This document shows, piece after piece, positions 20,894 through 29,387 of a DNA stretch of 64,000 nucleotides. Location: positions 1-64,000 of the forward strand of contig JAVJQW010000069.1 of the NCBI GenBank assembly GCA_040218735.1, written 5' to 3'. Numbering within the stretch: the first letter of the stretch is position 1; each line of letters starts with the position of its first letter. This DNA is from Deltaproteobacteria bacterium. GTDB lineage: Bacteria; Myxococcota; Kuafuiibacteriia; Kuafuiibacteriales; Kuafuiibacteriaceae. The notes under the pieces are model-generated. The model was not told the origin of the DNA. It ran no database searches and saw only the letters and a list, made by a program, of their open reading frames with translations. The position numbers and the translations under genes are program-made.

Positions 20894-21895
20894 CTACTCA
20901 ATCGGAACCTCCACCTTGGCCGCGGCGTCCTGCAGCGCGCGGTCGGTGCGCCGATCGTAGCGCGCCGTTGTCTGCACGTTCGCGTGGCCGACCTGGCGTG
21001 AGACCGTCGACAAGTCCACGCCGCCGTCGAGCAGGTCTGAGATGAACGTACGCCTCAGGTCATGTGGCGTGAACCCGTCCAGGTCCGCCGCGGCCTGGCG
21101 CTTGAGGACGACGCGGTAGACGAGCTGGGCGCTGATGCGCTTCAGGCGAACGCGACCGGTCTTCGCGACGCGCCCAAACAGAGGCCCCGCATCGAAGGTG
21201 CGGTGCTCAAGCCAGCGGCCGAGGGCCCGGACGGCGCCGGCGGGGAGGAAGACCACGCGCTCCTTGTTGCCTTTGCCGTAGACTCGGATCGATTCGGCGG
21301 CTTCGTCGTAGTCCTCGAGGTCGAGGAGCGTGATCTCCGCGCGCCGCAGGCCAGTCCCGTACAGGAGCGCGAGAATGGCGGCGTCCCGGGCGCCGGCGGC
21401 GCGATTTTCATCGACGGCGCAGCTCTCGAAGACGGCGCGGAGCTCGTCGGCGAGGACGGCGCGGCCGCGGGGCTTGCGTTCGCCTTTGATGGTGGGGACG
21501 TCGAGGGCGCGGGCGATCGTCTCCTGGTCGACGAGCTCGAGCCGCCAGGAGGCCTTCAGGACGGCGCGCACCGCCGTAAGGTAGCGGTTCGCGGTGGCCG
21601 GGGCGTACAGCTGCTGCAGGCGCCCCCGGAGCGCGCTGACGTGCTCGGCGCGCAGCTCGTGCCAGGCGAGCGCGTGGGCGTCGAGCTTGCCGGCGCTGAG
21701 GATGTCGGCGATCGAGTCAAGCGCGGAGCCCATGACGCGCGCCGAGGCCTCTCCGAGGCCCGACAGGTACACGTCGACGGGGTGCTGGCCTTCGGCGTAG
21801 GCGTACGTGGCGGTGAGCCGGGCGCGCTTGGGGGCGGCTTTGCGGCGCGTCTTGGGCTTGGGCGCGGCGGCCGAAGTACCGGGTTTGTGAGGCAT
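20894..21895 (-). CDS. Tyrosine recombinase/integrase (intact)
   Basis: Catalytic motifs LYGTGLRRAE, GKGNK, PHDLRR, GHA...ARYD; start ATG at 21895 or 21916 is more likely than the track's 22048. Confidence 0.92.
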   Translation of the reverse strand: MPHKPGTSAAAPKPKTRRKAAPKRARLTATYAYAEGQHPVDVYLSGLGEASARVMGSALDSIADILSAGKLDAHALAWHELRAEHVSALRGRLQQLYAPATANRYLTAVRAVLKASWRLELVDQETIARALDVPTIKGERKPRGRAVLADELRAVFESCAVDENRAAGARDAAILALLYGTGLRRAEITLLDLEDYDEAAESIRVYGKGNKERVVFLPAGAVRALGRWLEHRTFDAGPLFGRVAKTGRVRLKRISAQLVYRVVLKRQAAADLDGFTPHDLRRTFISDLLDGGVDLSTVSRQVGHANVQTTARYDRRTDRALQDAAAKVEVPIE

Positions 21896-21917
21896 CCTGG
21901 GGGGCCCTTCTACCATG

Positions 21918-21945
21918 ATTGACGAAAATAAGTCTTTTCGTACAC
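21918..21945. mobile_element. Candidate recombination site A (11-6-11)
   Basis: ATTGACGAAAA-TAAGTC-TTTTCGTACAC; 7-bp inverted arms (ACGAAAA/TTTTCGT); lies immediately upstream of the integrase; related copies at 54518 and 59758. Confidence 0.6.
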
Positions 21946-22070
21946 CACCGACGTGGTCCCGAGGAGCGCCTGTGTAATGGTTATACCCCATGCGGTTGTC
22001 GCCAACGGGCCTGCTTTGCCTGTGCGCATAGCGCAACTCGATACGCACGTTGGACCTAGTTGCGTTTGTG

Positions 22071-22084
22071 TCGACTAGAGTCGA
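22071..22084. promoter_or_regulatory. Palindrome, possible TA autoregulation operator
   Basis: TCGACT-AG-AGTCGA, 15 bp upstream of the HTH gene ATG. Confidence 0.35.
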
Positions 22085-22099
22085 TAAGGATAGCTAGCA

Positions 22100-22564
22100 A
22101 TGCACGCGCTCGACCCCACAACGATCGAGCGTCGACTCCGGACCAACGCGCCGGTGTCGGCGTCGCCCGAGGAGCAAGGCGAACTCGTTGAGCTCCTGCG
22201 GTGCCTTCCTCAGTGCAAGCTGGTCGGGCCCGAGGGCGAGGAGATTCACATCCCCGAAGCGACGTTCCGCATCCTCGAGCGCGTCGTCGAGCTGCTCGCG
22301 CGCGGCGACGCGATCACGCTCGTGCGCGTCGGCAAGGAGCTGACGACGCAGCAGGCCGCCAACATCCTCAACGTGTCGAGGCAGTACCTCGTTCGGCTGC
22401 TCGACGAAGGCCGAATCCCGTTCACCAAGACCGGCAAACATCGTCGACTTCGTATCGAGGACGTCCTCGAGTTCAAGCGCGAGCGCGACCGCGAACGACG
22501 CGCCGGCCTCGACGAGCTGACGCGCATGAGCGAGGACGCGGGCGGCTACCAGGAACTGAAGTAG
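22100..22564 (+). CDS. Excisionase-family HTH_17 DNA-binding protein (antitoxin-like partner of PIN gene)
   Basis: ELTTQQAANILNVSRQYLVRLLDEGRIPFTKTGKHRRLRIEDVL. Confidence 0.9.
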   Translation: MHALDPTTIERRLRTNAPVSASPEEQGELVELLRCLPQCKLVGPEGEEIHIPEATFRILERVVELLARGDAITLVRVGKELTTQQAANILNVSRQYLVRLLDEGRIPFTKTGKHRRLRIEDVLEFKRERDRERRAGLDELTRMSEDAGGYQELK

Positions 22565-22586
22565 GTATTACGGTAACAGAGCGTCC

Positions 22587-23150
22587 GTGCTCCTTCCGGC
22601 GCCCTTCAAGGTCGTGCTTGACGCGAACGTTCTGTTTCCGTTCACGCTGCGAGACACGCTGCTGCGCGCAGCGGCCGAAGGCTTCTTCCAGGTCTACTGG
22701 TCGGATCGAATCCTCGACGAGACCGTGCGGAACCTCGTCGCAACCAACACGACGACGGCTGAGCAAGCGGCAGGTCTGCGTGCGCAGATGACGAGGTTCT
22801 TTCCTGAGGCGCTCGTGACGGACTACGAGGTCCTGATCGATGCCATGCCGAACGACGAGAAGGACCGCCACGTCGCGGCCGCAGCAGTGAAGGCCGGCGC
22901 GCAGGTGATCGTGACGAACAACCTGAAGGACTTCCGCAGCCTCCCGGAGAACCTCGAGGCGCAATCCGCGGACGAGTTCCTCTGCAACCTGCTCGACCTC
23001 GCGCCCGACCAGATGCTGGCGCTCGTGCGGACCCAGGCCGCCGCGTTGCGCAAACCGCCGCGCACATTCGACGACATCCTCCGCGGCCTCGGCAAGTCGG
23101 CACCCTCTTTCGCCGCTGAGCTCCGGAACGCCGCCAAACGCGCCAGATGA
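22587..23150 (+). CDS. PIN-domain protein (PIN_3/VapC-like toxin)
   Basis: VVLDANVL, ILDE, DEKDRHVAAAAV, IVTNNLKDF; follows the HTH_17 gene as in the common pair. Confidence 0.9.
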   Translation: MLLPAPFKVVLDANVLFPFTLRDTLLRAAAEGFFQVYWSDRILDETVRNLVATNTTTAEQAAGLRAQMTRFFPEALVTDYEVLIDAMPNDEKDRHVAAAAVKAGAQVIVTNNLKDFRSLPENLEAQSADEFLCNLLDLAPDQMLALVRTQAAALRKPPRTFDDILRGLGKSAPSFAAELRNAAKRAR

Positions 23151-23202
23151 GGCGTCCTTGGCGGATCGTACAAAACGGTCGTACCCCGGCATAACGGGTA
23201 TA
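22990..23202 (+). repeat. Direct repeat copy 1: PIN 3' end plus degenerate site and -10-like box
   Basis: Aligns by eye with 54352-54567 (LLDL.PDQMLALVR.QAAALR.PPRTFDDIL.GLGKSAPSFAAELRNA and the following DNA). Confidence 0.85.
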
Positions 23203-23437
23203 CTCCACCCCGCCGCGAAGCTCACGCTCGGCGAGGGCTTCGGGGGAGTTTTCGGCGTACGCGCCGAGGCATGGTTCCGCCCCAGATGATGCGAATACGA
23301 AAGAAGCGAACAGGTGGTGGTGTCTGTCCGGCGGACGCGCCCGACATCGAGCTTTGTTCGGGCCATCAAGGCAAGGAACCCCTCGGCATTCAGGGGCTCA
23401 TTGCGTTTCGCGTTCTGGTCCGCAATACACCGAAGGG

Positions 23438-24736
23438 ATGCAGAATCGTCTCAAGGCCTTCTTGACCAACGCGGCACTGCTCGTCGTCACGCTAGGATGT
23501 GCCGAGGTTGTCCTGCAGATCGCCAATCACTACTCGACGCGGGCGGCACGGGTGTTGGCGCACCCGAAACATCGGGACAGCCCGTACGTATTCGATGTGG
23601 ATCGTGGCTTTCGTGGAAATCCGAGGCGATTCGACCACGACGGGCGTGGTTTCAGAAACGCTGGAGGTATCGAACAGACCGAGATTCTCGCCATCGGCGA
23701 CTCCCAGACCTACGGAGTAGGTGTTGAACGTCAGCGTGCCTGGCCATATGCGATCCACGAGGATTTCGACTACGACGTCTACAACATGGGGCTCGGCGGC
23801 TACGCACCACCACATCACCTGTTCTCGTTGGACCAAATGCTCGATCTGAAGCCGAGGGTCGTGGTGTACGCGGTGTACTTCGGCAACGACCTGATGGAGT
23901 CGTTTGCGATTGCACGTGATCACCCAGAGCTTCGCGCCCACATCGACGATGGGGTTTGGGCCGCGGCCATGCTTCAGGATGACGCCACGCCACTCGAAGA
24001 CGCGATCGACCTTTTCGTTCGCCGCGGTGCGCCCGCCCCGGAGGACGAGACGGATAACCAGAGCACCTTGACAGCCTTCCGGACATTCGTTTCGGAGCGG
24101 GTGATGATCTACGCGTTGGCGCGGGCTGCCTTCCATGTGACTGACGAGCGCTACGTGCCCGGATTGCTCAGCCGGGATTTCGAGAAAGCGAAGGCCGCGA
24201 TCACATCGCGTGAACGGGACTACTGCTCAGTCTACGACGACGGGAGTTGGCGAACGATCCTGACAGCGCCATACCGCGGCTTCATGCTCGACTCGGAGGA
24301 CGCGCGAGTTGAGGCGGGCTTCTTCGTAATGGTTCACGCTCTGGAACGGGTCATTGCGATGGCGGACGGCGTGGGTGCGCGGACTGTTATCGCCCTCATT
24401 CCCACGAAGGAGACGGTCTTCGCTCAGCGGATGAGTGAGCTGTCCGAGCATCCGAAGCTGACAAGGCTCGTCGAGGATGAAGCGCGATATAAGGCACGGC
24501 TGGTCGCGGCGCTGCGAAACCGCCGGGTGACGATCGTGGATACTCTTGCGGCCCTCGCGGGTTCGACGAGGCCTCCGTATTTTGAGGATGCGGATGGTCA
24601 TCCGAACATGTACGGACACGGCGTCTTGTCGAGTGTGATTGGTCCAGAACTCCGGGGGCCGGAAGCGGCTCTCCCGCGCTTCGCCTTGGAGGACGTTCGG
24701 CGTGAAGCCAACGCTGGAAAGCGCCAAGCACCGTAG
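23438..24736 (+). CDS. SGNH/GDSL hydrolase-family membrane-anchored protein (AlgX/AlgJ-like)
   Basis: N-terminal TM helix; blocks ILAIGDSQTYG, NMGLGGY, YFGND, DGHPN; ATG at 23438. Confidence 0.82.
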   Translation: MQNRLKAFLTNAALLVVTLGCAEVVLQIANHYSTRAARVLAHPKHRDSPYVFDVDRGFRGNPRRFDHDGRGFRNAGGIEQTEILAIGDSQTYGVGVERQRAWPYAIHEDFDYDVYNMGLGGYAPPHHLFSLDQMLDLKPRVVVYAVYFGNDLMESFAIARDHPELRAHIDDGVWAAAMLQDDATPLEDAIDLFVRRGAPAPEDETDNQSTLTAFRTFVSERVMIYALARAAFHVTDERYVPGLLSRDFEKAKAAITSRERDYCSVYDDGSWRTILTAPYRGFMLDSEDARVEAGFFVMVHALERVIAMADGVGARTVIALIPTKETVFAQRMSELSEHPKLTRLVEDEARYKARLVAALRNRRVTIVDTLAALAGSTRPPYFEDADGHPNMYGHGVLSSVIGPELRGPEAALPRFALEDVRREANAGKRQAP

Positions 24737-24879
24737 GTCTGGCTTCTGCCATACATCGTCTGCAAGGGTGTGGGGATGATGTACGGCACGTGTACCGCGC
24801 CGAATGACGGGGTTGCATCGTACGCGATGGCCCGTGTGTTCGGACGATCGAACGACGCTGGGCGGCAGATCGTCTAGGC

Positions 24880-25530
24880 ATGCGGGTACTGGTTGTCGAT
24901 GACGATTCCGAACTCTCCGAGCTATTGGGGCGGGCTCTTGAGCGCGACGGTCACGTGGTCTCGTTCGCGCTTCGGATCGAAGATGCGAAGAAGCGTCTGC
25001 TCGATGGCCTCGACCTACTCGTCCTCGATATTGGTCTTCCCGACGGATCGGGTCTCGCTTTCTGTGAGGAGATCCGCGCGTCCGGCAACGCAGTGCCGAT
25101 CCTCGTGCTTACAGCACAGTCCGCGGTGGCGCACCGAGTTGAAGGGCTCGATGCTGGCGCCGACGACTACTTGACCAAGCCGTTCGCGATTGCGGAGTTG
25201 CGAGCTCGCGTTCGTGCGCTGGCACGACGTAGAGACCGCATCGCAATTAGCGTTGTCGACGTGGGCGCCGCACGTCTCGACTTGGGGCGGCGGCGAGCAA
25301 CTCGCGGCGGTGGAGAAATCGAACTCACGACAAGGGAGTGGGGGATAGTTGAAGCTCTTGCGGCGCGGCATGGCCGAGTGGTCGCGCGCGAGACGATTCT
25401 CGAAGAGGTCTGGGGAAGCTCGACGTCGTCTGGTGCAGGCAGTCTAGAGGTTCTGGTTGCGCGGATCCGGCGCAAACTTGGACGACAGGTCATCAGAACG
25501 GAGCGTGGGATCGGGTACGCGCTTGGCTGA
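24880..25530 (+). CDS. OmpR-family response regulator
   Basis: VLVVDDD, LLVLDIGLPDGSG, GADDYLTKPF, winged helix with RGIGY. Confidence 0.95.
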   Translation: MRVLVVDDDSELSELLGRALERDGHVVSFALRIEDAKKRLLDGLDLLVLDIGLPDGSGLAFCEEIRASGNAVPILVLTAQSAVAHRVEGLDAGADDYLTKPFAIAELRARVRALARRRDRIAISVVDVGAARLDLGRRRATRGGGEIELTTREWGIVEALAARHGRVVARETILEEVWGSSTSSGAGSLEVLVARIRRKLGRQVIRTERGIGYALG

Positions 25531-26815
25531 GCGAACGCTTAGGACCCGGTTGGGCTGGATTGCGGCTGTAACGGCACTCGTCGCTTCGAGCACGACGCTT
25601 TCAGTGGCTCTCATCGCTACCGATCGGGGGGTATCGCGGGCCGCAGAGACTGCGCTTCTCGATCGAGCGCGGGCGCTGCAGTTCGAACTCGAACGAGAGG
25701 GCGACTATAGTCCGCCGCACGTCGACGAGGAGCTCTCCGAGTTCGTTCATGGCGATGTCACCGTCGCCGTCGACGGCCCCTACGGCATGCTGGCGGGATC
25801 GCCTGACCTACCAAGGCTTGGCGAAGAGAGGTGCGAAATCCTCGGCGGCGATCCGACTTGGATTGTCTGCGCCGCGAAGGGAGAGCGCGGCGTCTGGGTC
25901 TATGCAGGACGTCCACGGGCCTTGGTGCTCGCGCACCGGGACCTGCTCCTCTCCGCGGGGTTGGTCGCGCTCGTTGTCGTTGTGCTGGGGAGCCTCATTG
26001 CTGCGCTGATTGTCGTTCGCACTTCGCTAGCGCCACTCGTTCGATTGGTGGCAGCGGTCGATGCAATGAGCCCGGACTCTGCGGCACTGCCGCGCTCGGG
26101 GCTCGCCGAGGTGGACCGGCTCGCTGCCGCGCTCGAGAGCGCGACCGGTCGACTCACCGACGAGCTTCGCCGTTCGCGTGCGTTCGCAGCCGATGCTGCG
26201 CACGAGTTGCGAACGCCACTCGCTAAGCTCCGAACGACGCTCGAGTTGCGGGGCGAGACGCTTGCTCCGAACTCCGAGGCTGCCGCCGAGAATGATGCGT
26301 TGGTGATGCGCACAAAGTCCTTGGGCGAGCTGGTCGACCGCCTGCTGTTGCTCGCATCGCCTCAAGAGGCGTTGCAGGCGGCGACGCTCGTCTCCCTCGC
26401 AGCAACCGTCGACTCTGTAGCTGAGGAAGTGGGTCGCCCTGGGCGACTCGCGCTTCATCTGTTGGATGACGGTCTGGTGTATGGGGACGCGACGATCCTG
26501 GCCGCGATGGTCTCCAACGCGCTCGACAACGCATTGAAGTACGCTCCTGGTCCGATCGACGTATCCGTGCGCCGGCAAGATTCCGATGTTGTCGTCCGTG
26601 TAGACGACACGGGTCCTGGGCTCGAACCAGAGCACTTAGAGCGCGTGTTCGAGCCGTTCTATCGCGCGCCTGACCGTCGAGGCGCCCCGGGCTTCGGCAT
26701 CGGATTAGCGCTCGTCGCACACGTTGCAGCGGCCCACGGAGGCGAAGCCCGCTTCGTAACCGAGGATTCCGGCGCTCACCTCGTGATTTCCATCCCTGCT
26801 GCGTCCCCCTCGTAG
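25523..26815 (+). CDS. HAMP sensor histidine kinase
   Basis: Two TM segments, AAHELRTPL H-box, NALDNALKY, DDTGPG, GFGIGL; start assumed TTG 25523. Confidence 0.9.
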   Translation: MAERTLRTRLGWIAAVTALVASSTTLSVALIATDRGVSRAAETALLDRARALQFELEREGDYSPPHVDEELSEFVHGDVTVAVDGPYGMLAGSPDLPRLGEERCEILGGDPTWIVCAAKGERGVWVYAGRPRALVLAHRDLLLSAGLVALVVVVLGSLIAALIVVRTSLAPLVRLVAAVDAMSPDSAALPRSGLAEVDRLAAALESATGRLTDELRRSRAFAADAAHELRTPLAKLRTTLELRGETLAPNSEAAAENDALVMRTKSLGELVDRLLLLASPQEALQAATLVSLAATVDSVAEEVGRPGRLALHLLDDGLVYGDATILAAMVSNALDNALKYAPGPIDVSVRRQDSDVVVRVDDTGPGLEPEHLERVFEPFYRAPDRRGAPGFGIGLALVAHVAAAHGGEARFVTEDSGAHLVISIPAASPS

Positions 26816-26823
26816 ACGAGACT

Positions 26824-26844
26824 TCGTTCAGGTGTCGTTCAGGT
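26824..26844 (+). promoter_or_regulatory. Tandem direct repeat, OmpR/PhoB-type binding box
   Basis: TCGTTCAGGT-G-TCGTTCAGGT with 11-bp period, between the kinase and the TolC gene. Confidence 0.6.
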
Positions 26845-26892
26845 TGGTGTCCTACAACGGCGGGGACGGTCGCGACCGTCTCTCGCACTCGG

Positions 26893-28233
26893 ATGCTATC
26901 GCCGCGGCTAATGATCCAACGTGGGCGCGCTCGGCCGAGCCTCTTCTTCGTTCTCCCGCTACTCCTCGGTGGCGCTGCCTGTGCGACATCGAATCGCGAT
27001 CAGGGGTGGGTCGAGCAGCAGATCGCCTCGCGAGTGAGGGCGAGCGTTGTGGACGGCGTTGACGTGAAAGATGGCATCTCAGAGGACGAAGCGGCAGCGC
27101 TCGCCTTGAGTAGGAGCCCCACGTTTCTCGCCGACCTGACGAGGCTTCGCGCTGCGCAGGCCGACCTCGAGGAAGCGTCCCAGCCGACCAACCCTCGGCT
27201 CTCTGTGCTGGGCCCGATTGGCGTGATTGCTGCGGCGGTGAGCTTGCTGGCACCGGTGATGAGCTTCCTTCAGCTCCCGTGGCGCACTGAGGCAGCGGCG
27301 CGGCGCGTGGACTCGGTCGCGGAGTCACTCGTCCAGAGCGGACTCAACACTGTGCGTGACGCGCGGCTCGCACACATCGAGCTTGCCAACGTCCAGCGGC
27401 GTCTGCAGCAGCTTCGCGATCTTCATGACGTGGCCGAGAAGCTCGGCGGCCTCGCTGATGTCCGGGCCTCCATGGGAGACATCAGCCCTGCCGATGCGCT
27501 GGTCGTGCGCGCTCAGGCCGGCGTCGCGGCCGACGCGGTCGAGGTCGCCGAGCGGGATCTTGTTCTGGCCCAGGCGGCTTGGCGCATCGCGATTGGCTGG
27601 GGCGATGCGGTGGCGCCGGCGATCGTTTCGAGTCGCCCCCTTCCGTCGATCGCGCCTCCCGTCATGGATCTGATAACCGTGGCTCGCCAGGCGCGCCCCG
27701 ATGTCCGAGCGGCGGAGCTCGAACTCGAGGGCGCGGGAGCTCGTGCGGGACTCGAACGCTGGCAGATCGTCTCGCTGTCAGCGCAGGCCGATCTGCAGTG
27801 GACGGCGGGAGAGATGGGCTTGCGTGTGGGCGGGGTGCTGGACCTACCGGTGTTCAGTCGCAACGAAGGCGCGATCGGGCGCGCCGAGGCGGCTCTTCAG
27901 GGCGCCGTCCATCGTCTCGAGTTCGTTCGTCAGCGCGCGGTCGCAGAGGTGACCACCGCCCGTGTTCAGCTCGCTCAATCGATTCGGTCCTACGCCCGAT
28001 ACAGAACGGAGATTGTCCCGCCCCTCACGCGAGCGCTCGAAGCGGCTCGCGAGCAGTACGAGCGTGGCGACGTTCCCTACCTAATTGTTCTCGACGCCCT
28101 CAGCCGTCTGGGTGCTGCTCAGCTGCGGCAGATCGAGCTCGAGGCAGAGACGCGCCGCGCGTACGCCGAACTCGAACGCGCGGTGGGGGCTCGGATCGAA
28201 ATTTTACCGCAGCCAGAGGAGCCCATCCCGTGA
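26893..28233 (+). CDS. TolC/CzcC-family outer membrane efflux protein
   Basis: Lipobox GAAC; PTNPRLS, LDLPVFSRNEG, YERGDVPYL motifs; precedes MFP and RND genes. Confidence 0.88.
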   Translation: MLSPRLMIQRGRARPSLFFVLPLLLGGAACATSNRDQGWVEQQIASRVRASVVDGVDVKDGISEDEAAALALSRSPTFLADLTRLRAAQADLEEASQPTNPRLSVLGPIGVIAAAVSLLAPVMSFLQLPWRTEAAARRVDSVAESLVQSGLNTVRDARLAHIELANVQRRLQQLRDLHDVAEKLGGLADVRASMGDISPADALVVRAQAGVAADAVEVAERDLVLAQAAWRIAIGWGDAVAPAIVSSRPLPSIAPPVMDLITVARQARPDVRAAELELEGAGARAGLERWQIVSLSAQADLQWTAGEMGLRVGGVLDLPVFSRNEGAIGRAEAALQGAVHRLEFVRQRAVAEVTTARVQLAQSIRSYARYRTEIVPPLTRALEAAREQYERGDVPYLIVLDALSRLGAAQLRQIELEAETRRAYAELERAVGARIEILPQPEEPIP

Positions 28234-29384
28234 AAGCGTCGATCGGTATCGTCTTGATCGTCTTGTGTGCGTGTCGCGGCGAAGTGCCCCAACCGCACGC
28301 ATCTACGCCGTCGTCCGTCGAACACGGTGTCGCGGAGTCTGAGATTACCCGCGTGCATCTGACGGAAGAAGCGATCGCACGACTGGGTATTCGGACCTCG
28401 ACCGTCGGCGAGCGCGCCGTCGCGCAGCGACGACGCGTCGGGGGTGAGGTCATCATCCCTCCCGGACACACGCTGGCCCTAACCGCTCCCGTCGCAGGGC
28501 TCGTCCGCATGCGTCCCCACATTCGACCGGGAGCGAAGATCGAGGCAGGCGCGTCATTGCTCCGGCTCGTGCCCTTCGCTCCAACGGATCGGGACACGCG
28601 AGCCCGGGCGCAGCGCGAGCTCGCCGCAGCCCGCGCGACACTGGAGGCGGCCCAGGCTCGGCTGACACGAGCCAAAGCGCTCGCGGAACAGCGGGCGGGC
28701 AGTGAACGCGCCGTCGAAGAAGCGACAGCGACGCGAGACACCGCGCTGGCCGACGTCGAGATGGCGCAGGCGCGTGCGCGAGCGACAACCACGACGCCGC
28801 TACTTTCCGACGTCACGATGGACGTTCGCGCCCCCCAAGGTGGCGTCCTCCGAGCCGTGGCCGTGGCCGACGGACAGTCCGTGACGGCCGGTGCGCTGCT
28901 TGCGGAGGTGGTCGCAGTGCAGCAGCTCTGGGTTCGTGTACCGCTGTTCTCCGGTGATCTGGCCCGGCTCGCGCCCGGGAAGGTGTTGGTCAGGTCCCTG
29001 GCCCGAGACGCGCCGCGTGAAACCGAGGCTACGGCAGTTGCCGGACCGCCCACTTCGAACCCAACGCAGGCCACGGTCGATCGTTACTACGCACTCGATG
29101 AAGGAGCTCGTCTTGCTCCCGGCGAGCGCGTTCTGCTGTCGCTTCCGATGTCTGACACCGCGCACAGACGAACGATTCCGTCGTCCGCTGTGCTGTACGA
29201 CGCCAGCGGCGCACAGTGGGTCTACGTCGCCGACGAACCGAACATCTTTCGCCGAGCCCGCGTACAGACCCTGTTCCGCGACGGCTCCTCGGCGGTCCTT
29301 GCGAGGGGACCCTCGCTGGGCGAGGCCGTCGTCAAGACGGGCGCCGTTGAGATCTTCGGCGCCGAGTTCGAGCCGGGACACTGA
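28230..29384 (+). CDS. RND periplasmic adaptor (CzcB-like)
   Basis: GTG overlapping TolC stop; lipobox LCAC; APVAG...APQGG lipoyl halves, coiled coil, IPSSAV. Confidence 0.88.
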   Translation: MKASIGIVLIVLCACRGEVPQPHASTPSSVEHGVAESEITRVHLTEEAIARLGIRTSTVGERAVAQRRRVGGEVIIPPGHTLALTAPVAGLVRMRPHIRPGAKIEAGASLLRLVPFAPTDRDTRARAQRELAAARATLEAAQARLTRAKALAEQRAGSERAVEEATATRDTALADVEMAQARARATTTTPLLSDVTMDVRAPQGGVLRAVAVADGQSVTAGALLAEVVAVQQLWVRVPLFSGDLARLAPGKVLVRSLARDAPRETEATAVAGPPTSNPTQATVDRYYALDEGARLAPGERVLLSLPMSDTAHRRTIPSSAVLYDASGAQWVYVADEPNIFRRARVQTLFRDGSSAVLARGPSLGEAVVKTGAVEIFGAEFEPGH

Positions 29385-29387
29385 GGC

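Noticed and set aside
21896-22048. N-terminal extension of the recombinase in the ORF track
   Set aside because: Runs through site A and the putative promoter, and is absent from the paralog.
27579-28229. 601-aa version of the RND adaptor (likewise the extended starts at 43864 and 49054)
   Set aside because: Extensions overlap upstream genes; translationally coupled starts give normal signal peptides and domains.
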